A stretch of 64,000 bases of DNA from Tubiluchus corallicola (GCA_030141605.1 JAQGDQ010000216.1:1-64000); one strand, 5' to 3'. Positions 33,504 through 43,786 are shown, counted from the stretch's first letter. The notes: generated by a model not told the origin, from the sequence alone. Numbers and translations are program-made.

Positions 33504-34667
33504 TTATTCAGCTATTCTACACCCTCCATTACCAGTCTCAGCAACATAAAACATGGGCGCAAGGCCTGTCTGTGCTTCATAGTTTCTCCCTACCTTTTCG
33601 ATAAAATTGTCAACTTCAGCCTCTTCCACTAAAGATACTGTGCAACCACCAAATCCACCCCCCGTCATACGAGAGCCTATAACTCCATTAATCTTTCGTG
33701 CTTCATCCACCATGGAATCCAGCTCATTACCAGTTACCTCATAGTTGTCCCTAAGTGAATTATGAGACTCATTCATCAATTTTCCAAATTTTTTCAAAGA
33801 GCCTTTCTTAAGCTCTCCCACAGCGCTCTTTGTCCTGTGAATTTCGGAAACTACGTGGCGGGCACGCCTCCTTATTATCTCATCTTCAATTTTACTCTCA
33901 ACATCTAAAAAGTCATTCCAGGAGAGGTCTCCCAGCATATTTATATTTTTAAACGGCTTAATAGCCTCAACTGCAGCTTGGCATTCAGCTACCCTCTTAT
34001 TATACTTACCCGAATCAAGCTTATGAGGACTATTTGTATTGCTTATAATAATTTTCTTCCCGGCAAGGGCAAGAGGGACAAGTTCATAATCCAAGGTACT
34101 GCAATCCAGAAATATCGCATGTTCTTTTTTCCCAAACCCCGAAGCAAACTGATCCATAATTCCACAATTAACCTTTGCAAATTCATGTTCGGCTTTTTGC
34201 CCAATCTTCACTAGATCAATTCTTTCAAGTCCAAATCCATAAACCTCATTAATTGCAACGCATGTAGAAAGCTCCAGCGCGGCTGATGAAGAAAGTCCCG
34301 CTCCACTGGGAACATTTCCATAAAAAAGCATATCAGCTCCCGTTTCAGGTATTAAACCTCTTTTAATAAACTGGGCAATTACTCCCAAAGGATAATTAAC
34401 CCACTTATCATCAAGTGGTAATAGCGCATCTTTTATCGCTATATCACATTCAAAATCCATGTTCAGTGAGGAAAAGCGAAACAGTGGCTGCTTAGTCTTC
34501 CTTATCAGGCAGTATGTCCCAAATGTAAGTGCGCACGGAAGCACAACCCCGCCATTATAATCAGTGTGTTCTCCTATGAGGTTGACACGCCCTGGAGAAA
34601 AAAAAAGAGAGGGTTCTCCCTCCCCATACTTTTCGATAAATTTACTTACTAACTCCCTATTTGTCAT
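33504..34667 (-). CDS. galK: Galactokinase
   Basis: PGRVNLIGEHTDYNGG, GAGLSSSAA, CGIMDQF and RMTGGGFGGC. Confidence 0.96.
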   Translation of the reverse strand: MTNRELVSKFIEKYGEGEPSLFFSPGRVNLIGEHTDYNGGVVLPCALTFGTYCLIRKTKQPLFRFSSLNMDFECDIAIKDALLPLDDKWVNYPLGVIAQFIKRGLIPETGADMLFYGNVPSGAGLSSSAALELSTCVAINEVYGFGLERIDLVKIGQKAEHEFAKVNCGIMDQFASGFGKKEHAIFLDCSTLDYELVPLALAGKKIIISNTNSPHKLDSGKYNKRVAECQAAVEAIKPFKNINMLGDLSWNDFLDVESKIEDEIIRRRARHVVSEIHRTKSAVGELKKGSLKKFGKLMNESHNSLRDNYEVTGNELDSMVDEARKINGVIGSRMTGGGFGGCTVSLVEEAEVDNFIEKVGRNYEAQTGLAPMFYVAETGNGGCRIAE

Positions 34668-34948
34668 GTAATTATTTTATCAATTCAATTCATTACAAGC
34701 TAGCGAATGCTTAGCAGGTAAAGATATAGAATCTTTTTTTTATGCCAAATGGAGCTACAACAACTTATCTTTTGATAAGTTATTTACATATTTTTGATTT
34801 TCAATTTTTTCTTTGTAACTTTCCACCCTGAAAAAGCAGCGTTGCACTCCTACATCTCGCGGTTAATTAATATCCCTGAAATGCTTACCGTGCTATATTG
34901 GTGCTGTGATTTTTTTGCTTTACATTCTTAAGAATAACAATTTCGAAG

Positions 34949-35683
34949 TTGGACAACTCTCTGATAATAGTAATTCCATGCTACAATGAGTATAACAGAT
35001 TGCCTAAGAGCAGTTTTGAGGGTTTTTTACAACAGCACAGCAATGTCAAGATTCTCTTTTGTGATGATGGCTCTACAGATAAAACTATTGAAGCTCTGAA
35101 TGAAGTTAGGCAGTTTGCTCCCGATAAAGTTTTTATTCACACCCTGAGAAAAAATAGCGGAAAAGCTGAGGCCGTAAGGGAGGGTGTTCTATATTGCTAC
35201 AATAACAATTTTGAGTTCTCCAGAATTGCATATCTTGATGCAGACCTGTCAACCTCTTTAGAAGAGTGTCTGTCTATTAGCAAGAAGATAAACAGCAATA
35301 TCATCTTTGCTTTTGGTTCCAGAATTTTAAAAATAGATACAGATATAAGGAGAAAGTACTACCGCTTTTTAATTGGGAGGTTTTTAGCTACTATCATCTC
35401 CATCCAGTTAGGGGTAACTGTCTATGACTCACAGTGTGGCTGTAAGGTTTTTTGCGCCAGCCTTGCAAAACAGATATTCCAGGAACACTTTATATCAAGA
35501 TGGCTATTCGATGTTGAAATCTTCCATCGTATAATTCGCATATACGGAAAGGAACGGATGCACAAAGTGGCTAAAGAGGTCTCATTAAACCGCTGGATCG
35601 ATACTGATGAATCAAAAGTAAAACTCACATATTTCTTCAGAATCTGGCATGACCTAATTATGATTAGGAAAAGGTACAACTAA
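34949..35683 (+). CDS. GT2 polyprenyl-phosphate glycosyltransferase
   Basis: IPCYNE, DDGSTD, NSGKAEAVR, DADL, DSQCG.K and WLFDVE; TTG start. Confidence 0.88.
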   Translation: MDNSLIIVIPCYNEYNRLPKSSFEGFLQQHSNVKILFCDDGSTDKTIEALNEVRQFAPDKVFIHTLRKNSGKAEAVREGVLYCYNNNFEFSRIAYLDADLSTSLEECLSISKKINSNIIFAFGSRILKIDTDIRRKYYRFLIGRFLATIISIQLGVTVYDSQCGCKVFCASLAKQIFQEHFISRWLFDVEIFHRIIRIYGKERMHKVAKEVSLNRWIDTDESKVKLTYFFRIWHDLIMIRKRYN

Positions 35684-37105
35684 ATGAATAACACCAGATT
35701 AAATAAGATTTTAACAAGTCCGCATTTTTTCACTTTCTCTGTTATAGGACTTATCCTGCTAAGATTAATTTTAAATGCATTCGTCCCGCTAATGGATAAG
35801 ACCGAAGCACGATATGCAGAAATAGCAAGGATAATGGCTGAGACAAACAACTGGATAACACCACAAATAGATTATGGAATCCCATTCCTAGCAAAACCTC
35901 CTTTATCGACATGGTTATCGGCAGGCAGCATAAAAATTTTTGGGGTTAACGAATTTGCAGTAAGATTACCATATCTCTTGCTGAGTATATTAATGATTAT
36001 CCTAATAGGCAAGTATGCAAAACGAAAACATTTGGATTTTTATCTACCCGGGCTTATTTTGTTAATGATCCCTGAGTTTTTATTACATGCAGGAGTGGTC
36101 TCTACTGATACTGCATTGGCTTTTTGTGTAGCTCTCGTGATGCTCTCCTTTTGGGAATCTGTCAATAGCAGACAAAAATACATTTGGAACTATCTTTTTT
36201 TCGCAGGCATTGGGTTGGGGTTGTTAGCTAAGGGGCCTATTGTTGTTATCCTAACACTTCCACCAATTATGCTCTGGTGTGTGCTATTTAAAAAATATAC
36301 CACAGTACTAAAAGCACTCCCTTGGCTTCCAGGCCTCCTGCTCACACTTCTCATCTCGCTCCCTTGGTACTTTCTAGCAGAAATAAAGTCATCAGGATTC
36401 ATAGATTATTTTATTGTTGGAGAACACTTTAAGCGATTTTTCGACTCAAGCTGGAAAGGGGACAGGTATGGATTTCCCAAAATACAGCCTATGGGGATAA
36501 TATGGCTATTTTTACTCTTGGGCGCACTGCCATGGATACAGGTAGTGTTTTTAAAAGCGTGGAAACACAGGCTGAAAATACTAAAAAATGAGTGGGTCGT
36601 TTATCTATTGTTCTGGCTGCTGTGGACACCTCTCTTCTTTACTGTTTCGAAAAGCTTGATCCACCCATATATAATGCCTGTAATGGTTCCTATTGTGCTG
36701 CTGGTAGTTCACTGGTGGAGCGATATTAAGAAAAAGGTGTACCCTGTTTTTATAAGCTTTATATTTCCCGTAACACTCATTATCCTCTTAATAGCAGGAG
36801 CAGTAAATAACAACATTGAGCACTATAGCAATAGCGATAAATATCTAATTGAAAACAACCTAATCTATAATGATTTTAATAGATTATACCACTTTGGGAA
36901 AAAAAGCTATTCAAGCCAGTTTTACAGTAGCGGGAAAATTAAAAATATATCTTCCGCAGCGCTGAGCGAAAAAATAGAACAGAAAGAGGTGCTTAACATA
37001 ATCATAACCCATAGAGATTTTAAAAAACTGCCCGAATCTATTACCAGCGAACTTCTGCCGATAGATTCCAACAGGAAGAAAGGGCTATATAAATTCAGGT
37101 TTTGA
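35684..37105 (+). CDS. ArnT/PMT-like GT-C membrane glycosyltransferase
   Basis: TEARYAEIARIM, KPPL..W, EFAVRLP, LAKGP and PWY; begins right after the GT2 stop (TAA-ATG). Confidence 0.88.
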   Translation: MNNTRLNKILTSPHFFTFSVIGLILLRLILNAFVPLMDKTEARYAEIARIMAETNNWITPQIDYGIPFLAKPPLSTWLSAGSIKIFGVNEFAVRLPYLLLSILMIILIGKYAKRKHLDFYLPGLILLMIPEFLLHAGVVSTDTALAFCVALVMLSFWESVNSRQKYIWNYLFFAGIGLGLLAKGPIVVILTLPPIMLWCVLFKKYTTVLKALPWLPGLLLTLLISLPWYFLAEIKSSGFIDYFIVGEHFKRFFDSSWKGDRYGFPKIQPMGIIWLFLLLGALPWIQVVFLKAWKHRLKILKNEWVVYLLFWLLWTPLFFTVSKSLIHPYIMPVMVPIVLLVVHWWSDIKKKVYPVFISFIFPVTLIILLIAGAVNNNIEHYSNSDKYLIENNLIYNDFNRLYHFGKKSYSSQFYSSGKIKNISSAALSEKIEQKEVLNIIITHRDFKKLPESITSELLPIDSNRKKGLYKFRF

Positions 37106-37221
37106 AAATTTTGCAGGGTGAAAGATTTTTATTTAGACTGATAAAAAATTTGATAAAACCTGCAGTTCACTAACGTAATTAAATTTAAAAGTAATACTGT
37201 GGTATTAAAATTATAAAACAT

Positions 37222-38646
37222 ATGAACAAAAAGACACATCATCTTTTAAAACTAGCCATTGTTGCACTCCTTATCGTAGTTGTTGGGAATATCTCCGGAT
37301 GCAAACAACCTGAACAAAAAACAAACTTTATAGTTGTTTTTTGTGATGATCTGGGGTTTGGAGACCTGGGATGTTTTGGGCATCCTACCATAAAAACGCC
37401 AACAATTGACAGCCTGGCCTCGGAAGGACAAAAGTGGACAAGTTTTTATGCTGCAGCAAGTGTTTGTACTCCAAGTCGCGCAGGACTTGTAACAGGACGG
37501 TTGCCCATCCGCAACGGAATGTGTGGAAAAAAAAGAGTGCTATTCCCCAACTCAGCGGGAGGCCTTCCACAAAGTGAGATCACCATTGCCAAAGCGCTGA
37601 AGGAAGTCGGCTATTCCACAGCATGTATAGGCAAGTGGCATTTGGGACACTATCTGCCTGAATTCCTCCCCACAAATCATGGCTTCGACTACTATTACGG
37701 TATACCGTACAGTAATGACATGGGTTTGATCCCGGGAATTTCCTTTAAACAAGCTTTCGGAGAGAAGTCCAGACCGGAATTTTTCAATGTACCTTTAATG
37801 AGAAATGAAGATATAATTGAGCAGCCCGCAGAACAAACTACTATAACTAAAAGATACACAGAAGAAACAGTACGCTTTATAGAAGAAAATAAAAATAATC
37901 CATTCTTTATATATTTTGCACACAGCATGGTCCATGTACCACTTTTTTGCTCCGCTGATTTCGTTGGTGTAAGTGAAAGGGGCTTATATGGAGATGTGGT
38001 AGAGGAGATCGACTGGAGTGTAAGACAGATAATGAAAACCCTAAAAAAGAATAATTTGGAGGAAAATACGATGGTGGTATTTACATCCGACAACGGGCCC
38101 TGGCTTACAAGAATGCAACAGGGTGGGTCAAGCGGATTACTAAAAGATGGGAAAGGTACTACTTACGAGGGGGGTGTACGTGTGCCTGCACTATTTTGGT
38201 GGAAAGGCAAAATAGCACCCGGCACAGTTAGTGACATGGGATCTACACTTGACCTGTTCCCAACTATATGCGACATAGCAAATGTTAAAATGCCAAACGA
38301 CAGGATATATGACGGATACAGCCTCACCCCTACTCTTCTAAATGATAAGGAGAGCCCCAGAAAAGAGTTCATCTTTTATCGGAACGACGAGGTGTACGCA
38401 TATAGGAAAGGAAATTACAAAGCTCACTTTACAACAAATAGCGCCTATAAAGGGACAAAACCTGTAAAGCACGATACTCCCCTGCTCTACCACATGGGGC
38501 ACGATCCGTCAGAACAATTTAACATCGCGCATGAGCATCCTGATATAGTGCAGGCGATAATAGAGGAGGTGAAAAATCATCAAAGTACACTAAAGCCGGT
38601 AGAGAATCAAACCATGAAAGTCATACCAAAGCCAGCTAAACATTAG
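37222..38646 (+). CDS. Formylglycine-dependent (S1) sulfatase, probable lipoprotein
   Basis: DDLG, CTPSRAGLVTGR, GKWHLG, FTSDNG and GKG..YEGGVRVP; lipobox-like ISGC. Confidence 0.93.
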   Translation: MNKKTHHLLKLAIVALLIVVVGNISGCKQPEQKTNFIVVFCDDLGFGDLGCFGHPTIKTPTIDSLASEGQKWTSFYAAASVCTPSRAGLVTGRLPIRNGMCGKKRVLFPNSAGGLPQSEITIAKALKEVGYSTACIGKWHLGHYLPEFLPTNHGFDYYYGIPYSNDMGLIPGISFKQAFGEKSRPEFFNVPLMRNEDIIEQPAEQTTITKRYTEETVRFIEENKNNPFFIYFAHSMVHVPLFCSADFVGVSERGLYGDVVEEIDWSVRQIMKTLKKNNLEENTMVVFTSDNGPWLTRMQQGGSSGLLKDGKGTTYEGGVRVPALFWWKGKIAPGTVSDMGSTLDLFPTICDIANVKMPNDRIYDGYSLTPTLLNDKESPRKEFIFYRNDEVYAYRKGNYKAHFTTNSAYKGTKPVKHDTPLLYHMGHDPSEQFNIAHEHPDIVQAIIEEVKNHQSTLKPVENQTMKVIPKPAKH

Positions 38647-38649
38647 GCT

Positions 38650-39158
38650 AATTAATTGTCCTTTAGGGATTAACTTTTGTTGGGATCAAAATTTACTATT
38701 TGTATATTTTGATCTGGTATACAATAAAACCCTCTGGAGGCTTAAAAAAAGTGTGCAGCTTGTATTGACGATTATGCAGTTGTTTTTGAAGTAGAATCTT
38801 CTTGATACAAAAGAGACAAAAGTCAAGCGTGTAAAGGGTTTTCTTTTTGCTCTTTTGTCTTGATGCAAAAGAGCAAAAAAATCGAGCCTGTAGTACGTTT
38901 TGATGAAAAACTACGCTGAAGGCTTCACCATCTTCTCAAAATTCGCCATTTGATAAAAGACTCAAGCAGTGAGAAGATTTTTTGCTCCGACTTTTACTGT
39001 TTTTCCACCAAAACCATTTAAGGCCAACTTCTTCTGTTTCGCAGAGTTTGTAGGGTTCATCTGGTTTTGATTTGGCGCTTTTCCTATCATAACCTGCAAG
39101 GTTTTGCACAGAAGTTACAATAACCCTTGTAGTTTAGATCGTTATAATTCGCTAAGTT
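38650..39158. repeat. Long non-coding dispersed repeat, copy 1
   Basis: Reverse complement aligns with 46192-46521 plus 48185-48206; identical blocks of 25, 19 and 16 nt and one 30/31-nt block. Confidence 0.85.
38844..39025. repeat. REP-like palindromic module inside the long repeat
   Basis: Perfect 14-bp stem TTTTTGCTCTTTTG/CAAAAGAGCAAAAA (38844-38879), then nested arms 38897-38911/38999-39014 and ATCTTCTCA/TGAGAAGAT. Confidence 0.75.
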
Positions 39159-39303
39159 AAGCGCTCAACCTTATATTGCTAATATTAAGTAAGTTAAGCT
39201 TAATTTAAGGAGCAGGTAATTAGGATAAAATCTATATTGCTATAAAAAGGATGCTATCCGACAAGATGGAGATACACTACTATATAAAGCAGAGGATTAT
39301 ACA

Positions 39304-39555
39304 CTATAAACTGTTAACGTGTACCCCAAGCTTAGACTTCAGGTTTGACGCTTTGTTTTTATGTATAATGTTCTTCTTTACCAGCTTATCTAAAATTGAC
39401 ACAACTTTTGGGAGCATCTTTTCTGCCTCCCCTTTCTCAGAAGTATTGCGAAGGTCACGAACTGCATTACGCATAGTCTTAGCATAGTACCTATTATGCA
39501 GCCTACGCTTTTCAGACTGCCTTACCCTTTTCTTTGCTGATTGATGATTCGCCAT
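39304..39555 (-). CDS. rpsT: 30S ribosomal protein S20
   Basis: [13 protein letters not shown]...[14 protein letters not shown]. Confidence 0.97.
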   Translation of the reverse strand: MANHQSAKKRVRQSEKRRLHNRYYAKTMRNAVRDLRNTSEKGEAEKMLPKVVSILDKLVKKNIIHKNKASNLKSKLGVHVNSL

Positions 39556-39588
39556 AATAAAAAAAAAGATTTTCTTTATTTTAAAAAG

Positions 39589-39660
39589 TAGCCCGTAGGG
39601 GAATCGAACCCCTGTTACCAGGATGAAAACCTGGCGTCCTAACCCCTAGACGAACGGGCC
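39589..39660 (-). tRNA. tRNA-Glu(TTC)
   Basis: GGCCCGTTCGTCTAGGGGTTAGGACGCCAGGTTTTCATCCTGGTAACAGGGGTTCGATTCCCCTACGGGCTA folds as a cloverleaf, anticodon TTC; CCA not encoded. Confidence 0.96.
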
Positions 39661-39798
39661 TTTACTCAATAATAATTTAGTATTGCAAGCCAAACGAATT
39701 GCAAACGGGGTCATAAAAGTAATGTTTTTCCCTCTTCTAAAAAACTTTTACCGACCCTTTTCACAAATTTCATGGCTTTGTGAACACAACACTGTATG

Positions 39799-39870
39799 TA
39801 GCCCGTAGGGGAATCGAACCCCTGTTACCAGGATGAAAACCTGGCGTCCTAACCCCTAGACGAACGGGCC
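39799..39870 (-). tRNA. tRNA-Glu(TTC), second identical copy
   Basis: Identical 72-nt sequence, offset by 210 bp from the first. Confidence 0.96.
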
Positions 39871-39935
39871 TAGTAAACGATATTAACAACACTGCAAATA
39901 AAGAAGTTAAAATGCTCCTCTCAAATTTTGCGATG

Positions 39936-39943
39936 CAAAGATA
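39936..39943 (-). promoter_or_regulatory. Putative -7 element for tRNA-Glu/tRNA-Glu/rpsT
   Basis: TATCTTTG on the minus strand, 65 nt upstream of the upstream tRNA. Confidence 0.5.
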
Positions 39944-40014
39944 AAAACATATTTATCAAAACAGCAACAGTTATAGCTATAGAAATTGTATTTTTGGAAA
40001 AAATAAATGGGTTT

Positions 40015-40830
40015 ATGATGAGAAAATTATATTACAAGCTCGGGACGATTTTTTTATCTGCCATGCTACTCACATCATGTGGGATACCTGATTCTAAACT
40101 GGCTCTCTCTAAGATTACACTGGCCAATCAACTGCTTATAAAAGGCGATACTACTGCTGCTCTGATACATCTCGACTCTATTCCTGAAAATTTCCCCAAA
40201 GCAATAGCTGAAATTAATAGTGCATATCAGCTAAGCAACAGTATTTACGTATCTCTGATTATGAAGCGCAGGCTGGAGCTCGACTCACTGGAGCAAACGA
40301 TTCCCACGCTGGAGAAAAACTTTGATAAAACAAAGGAGAAATTTGAGCGCTATGCCAGCTATATTCATAAAAGGCAGGATATAAAAAGAAGTTGGAATCG
40401 CTCGTTTATACAGGTTCATCTAAATGAGAAGGGAGATATATACTTGTCGGGAAATTATCATGGCGATAAGTGGCTCAACCACACCCTAATGAGGGTTTAT
40501 GACGCCGGAGATCAAGTCGAAACAGGAAAGATTGAGCTTGATGATATTGACAATTACAGAAATGAATATCTGGGCTCCAAATGGGAAAAGGTAGTGTATA
40601 AAGACGGAAAAAGTGATGAAGTGATTAAGTTCATAGCAGAAAATGCACACAGGCGGTTAAAAGTTGTTTTCATAGGAGAACAGCGTCAGTATATCGTTCT
40701 GGAAGAGTTTGATAAAAATGCTGTAAAAGAGGCTCTCGCACTTTCAAAAGTATTGAAACGAAAGGCTGTATTAGAAAGTGAGATAGAAAATTTTCAAAAG
40801 AACATAGTTCAAGTGCAAGACAGGGTTTAG
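40015..40830 (+). CDS. Hypothetical lipoprotein
   Basis: Lipobox LLTSC after a hydrophobic stretch; start set at ATG 40015 (track ORF starts at TTG 39928). Confidence 0.75.
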   Translation: MMRKLYYKLGTIFLSAMLLTSCGIPDSKLALSKITLANQLLIKGDTTAALIHLDSIPENFPKAIAEINSAYQLSNSIYVSLIMKRRLELDSLEQTIPTLEKNFDKTKEKFERYASYIHKRQDIKRSWNRSFIQVHLNEKGDIYLSGNYHGDKWLNHTLMRVYDAGDQVETGKIELDDIDNYRNEYLGSKWEKVVYKDGKSDEVIKFIAENAHRRLKVVFIGEQRQYIVLEEFDKNAVKEALALSKVLKRKAVLESEIENFQKNIVQVQDRV

Positions 40831-40993
40831 CATAGCTTATAATCATCCTAATATGTCACTTTTGTGTCCAAACACAATCCGGTTAAACTTTGTTATTATA
40901 AAAAAGTAAAATTGACAACAGCAAAAGCTTTTAATATTTTTCTTTTTTCCTAAATTTGCTTGACATCAAGTTTTTCACAAAAATATTTGCCCC

Positions 40994-41560
40994 ATGAATG
41001 AAGATATTCAAACATCACTGAATAGTGTACGAGAAAAAATGAAGCAGTCCATAAGCCACCTGGATAATGAGCTGGCACGAATACGGGCCGGGAAAGCTAA
41101 CCCACGAATGCTTGAAAGTGTATATGTTGACTACTATGGCACACAGACACCACTTAGCCAAGTGGCAAACATAAACACTCCAGATGCAAAAACTATTGCT
41201 GTGCAGCCTTGGGAAAAAAATATGATTCAGCCAATAGAACAAGCTATCCTGAATTCTAATCTTGGGTTCAATCCCGATAATAATGGGGATGTTGTGAGAA
41301 TAAGTATCCCTGTACTCACAGAAGAGAGACGAAAGCAATTAGTAAAAGATGCTAACACAGAAGGAGAGAATGCCAAAATAAGCGTACGTACCGTAAGAAA
41401 AGATGCAAATGAAAAAATAAAAAAGCTTTTGAAGGACAAAAAAATATCGGAGGATATGGAGCGAAATATAGGGATTGATATTCAAGAGCTTACAGACAAC
41501 TTCAATAAGGAGATTGATACGATGATAGATAAAAAGGTGAAGGAGATACTTACCGTTTAA
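40994..41560 (+). CDS. frr: Ribosome recycling factor
   Basis: IRAGKANP, VDYYG..TPL.QVANI, LTEERRK.LVK and ISVR.VRKDAN; TAAATTTG -7 element at 40951-40958. Confidence 0.96.
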   Translation: MNEDIQTSLNSVREKMKQSISHLDNELARIRAGKANPRMLESVYVDYYGTQTPLSQVANINTPDAKTIAVQPWEKNMIQPIEQAILNSNLGFNPDNNGDVVRISIPVLTEERRKQLVKDANTEGENAKISVRTVRKDANEKIKKLLKDKKISEDMERNIGIDIQELTDNFNKEIDTMIDKKVKEILTV

Positions 41561-41737
41561 ACCCCTTGCTTATCGGCAATAGTACAGAACAAAATAGGGA
41601 CTAAAAGAGTTGTAGCAGCTTCAAAGCAGAAGTTACTTGTGGCATTTACTTTATACTACCACACGGTACAACCTGTTTTACTACCTTATAATTTAAGAGA
41701 TTGCCTCTTCCCCAAATAAGTTTTACATTGCCACTAT

Positions 41738-41862
41738 GAAGCCTTTACAAAACGAGAAGCTTTGGTGTGCACTGAAAAAACCAATGAAAACTTTCATCCC
41801 GCTCACGTAAAAGAGGTTCTTGACAAAAATATTAACAAAAAAATGAGCTTTACAAAAGTCTC
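41738..41862 (-). repeat. MITE-like element, copy G
   Basis: Reverse complement reads GAGACTTTTGTAAAGCTCATTTTTTTGTTAATATTTTTGTCAAGAACCTC...CGTTTTGTAAAGGCTTC, collinear with copies A, E and F. Confidence 0.75.
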
Positions 41863-42077
41863 TCAATGTGAAACGGCCATTAACCATGCTTATCTTTAAG
41901 GCTATCTTAATTCATATTTGCCCCTTCAAAACTCCAGATTATTGTTGTATGCAGGAAAAGATTAAATTTGTATTTGGTTCTAATGAACTTTAATTTTATT
42001 GAATCTTTATTCTGTGCACAGTTAGCTGCAGAGAACAGGTTCTACTTTATAAAAACTTAAATAAATTTTATTAATAC

Positions 42078-42872
42078 ATGAAAAAAGCACTTATTTATCT
42101 TTCTGTTCTGGCCGCTTTTATTTTAAACAGTTGCGTTTGCGGTACATCTAAAAAAACAGCATGTAATGATACATGCAAAACCACCGCCCGCAAAAGTAGT
42201 TGCTGTCCAAAAACAGCTCACAACACTCTAACCAGTCAGGAGAAGAGTGAGGGCTGGCAACTATTGTTTGACGGCAAGTCAACCAAAGGGTGGCATGGCT
42301 ATCAAGGAGAAGATATTTCCGGTATATGGGTTGTTGAAGACGGATGCCTCAAAGCTCTTGGTAAAGCTGGCGATATTGGAGGAGATATATTAACCGAAAA
42401 AGAGTTTGGCAACTTTGAACTAAAGCTGGAATGGAAAATTACACACGGCGGTAATAGCGGTATCTTTTACGGAGTTATTGATGACCCTAAATATAAAGCG
42501 GTGTACTACACCGGCCCCGAATACCAGTTATTGGATGACGTTGGATTCCCCACACCACTGGACGAGTTATATATGGCTGGTGCAAACTATGCAATGCATG
42601 CTGCCGACAGGTCAAAAAAGAAGCTGCAAATGGCAAATTCACCCTGCTTCAACACTTCGCGCATAGTTGTTGACGGAGAAAAAGTAGAGCACTGGTTGAA
42701 TGGAGAAAGAATAGTAGCATTTAAACGCTGGAACAGTGAGTGGACAAAGATGAAGAGCAAAAGCAAATGGAAAGATTTCCCTGACTACGGAATGGCAAAA
42801 AAAGGGAAAATCGCTTTTCAGGATCACGGGGATGCAATATGGATCAGAAATATAAAAATCAAAGAGCTTTAA
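42078..42872 (+). CDS. DUF1080 / 3-keto-disaccharide hydrolase family lipoprotein
   Basis: GWQLLFDGKS..GW, NFELKLEWK, GNSGIFY, EYQLLDD, HWLNG and G.IAFQDHG. Confidence 0.9.
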   Translation: MKKALIYLSVLAAFILNSCVCGTSKKTACNDTCKTTARKSSCCPKTAHNTLTSQEKSEGWQLLFDGKSTKGWHGYQGEDISGIWVVEDGCLKALGKAGDIGGDILTEKEFGNFELKLEWKITHGGNSGIFYGVIDDPKYKAVYYTGPEYQLLDDVGFPTPLDELYMAGANYAMHAADRSKKKLQMANSPCFNTSRIVVDGEKVEHWLNGERIVAFKRWNSEWTKMKSKSKWKDFPDYGMAKKGKIAFQDHGDAIWIRNIKIKEL

Positions 42873-42962
42873 TGATATTGCGCTAATAGCGAAAAGATTA
42901 AGACATTGAAATTTTCGCCCTTTTATAAGTTTAAAGTACTATATTAATTTAATTATGTTAAA

Positions 42963-43577
42963 ATGATAAAAAAAATGCTTTTATCTGCAGCTGTAATGGT
43001 TGCCATTTATGGTTGCTCTCTCTCGCCTAAGGCAGAGTCAATTTTTAATGGGAAAGATCTCTCTGGATGGATAATTCATGGAACAGAAAAATGGTACGTA
43101 GAGGATGGATTACTTATTTGCGAAAGCGGCCCGGACAAAAAATACGGGTATCTGTCTACCGAGAAGTTTTATAAGGACTTTGACCTTTCTTTGGAGTTCT
43201 TACAAGAGAGTGATGGCAACAGTGGTGTCTTCTTTCGCTCATCTGTTGAAGGAACAAAGATTACAGGCTGGCAATGTGAAGTAGCTCCTATGGGGTATGG
43301 CACAGGTGGAATATATGAGTCGTACGGGCGTGGATGGCTGATACAGATCCCCAAAGAAAAAGAGAAAGTACTGAAAGAGGAAGAGTGGAATAAGTTGCGC
43401 TTACGTGTTGTGGGGGACAAAGTTGAAACCTGGCTAAACGGTGTACCAATGATTGAGCTTACAGATGAAAAGATCGGGAAAGCCAATGGCTCTATCGCTC
43501 TACAAATACATGATGGAGGAGGTATCAGGGTTAAGTGGAGGAATATGAATATCATTGAGCTGTCGGCTGATTCATAG
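42963..43577 (+). CDS. DUF1080 / 3-keto-disaccharide hydrolase family lipoprotein
   Basis: IFNGKDLSGW, DFDLSLEF, GNSGVFFR, WN...LRV.G and G.IALQIH. Confidence 0.9.
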   Translation: MIKKMLLSAAVMVAIYGCSLSPKAESIFNGKDLSGWIIHGTEKWYVEDGLLICESGPDKKYGYLSTEKFYKDFDLSLEFLQESDGNSGVFFRSSVEGTKITGWQCEVAPMGYGTGGIYESYGRGWLIQIPKEKEKVLKEEEWNKLRLRVVGDKVETWLNGVPMIELTDEKIGKANGSIALQIHDGGGIRVKWRNMNIIELSADS

Positions 43578-43709
43578 TAAGCCCTCTTCCAGACCGATAT
43601 AATACTTTACAGCACTTGACATGCAAATACATTCATCTTAGACATGAGGTATTTGCATGTTTTCACTACGAAAGATACTATCATCTCTCATCTGCCAATA
43701 CTGCAATAA

Positions 43710-43765
43710 GAGATTTTTGCAAAACCTATCTTTTCATTAAGTATTTAGCACCTTGCAAAGGTCTC
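43710..43765 (+). repeat. MITE-like element, internally deleted copy H
   Basis: GAGATTTTTGCAA...TTGCAAAGGTCTC ends enclosing only AACCTATCTTTTCATTAAGTATTTAGCACC. Confidence 0.72.
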
Positions 43766-43786
43766 AACAAAAGCAAAATAATTGTT

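Noticed and set aside
37222-38646. Cys-type sulfatase with no adjacent maturase or SusC/D
   Set aside because: Maturases commonly act in trans and orphan sulfatases are frequent.
39589-39870. 72-bp direct repeat as attL/attR scar or CRISPR-like repeat
   Set aside because: Both copies are complete, identical tRNA-Glu genes with a short spacer; no integrase or cas gene is nearby.
43616-43786. N-terminal extensions of galM (likewise 59793-59915 and 39928-40014)
   Set aside because: They run through MITE copies or promoter elements; downstream ATGs give family-typical N-termini.
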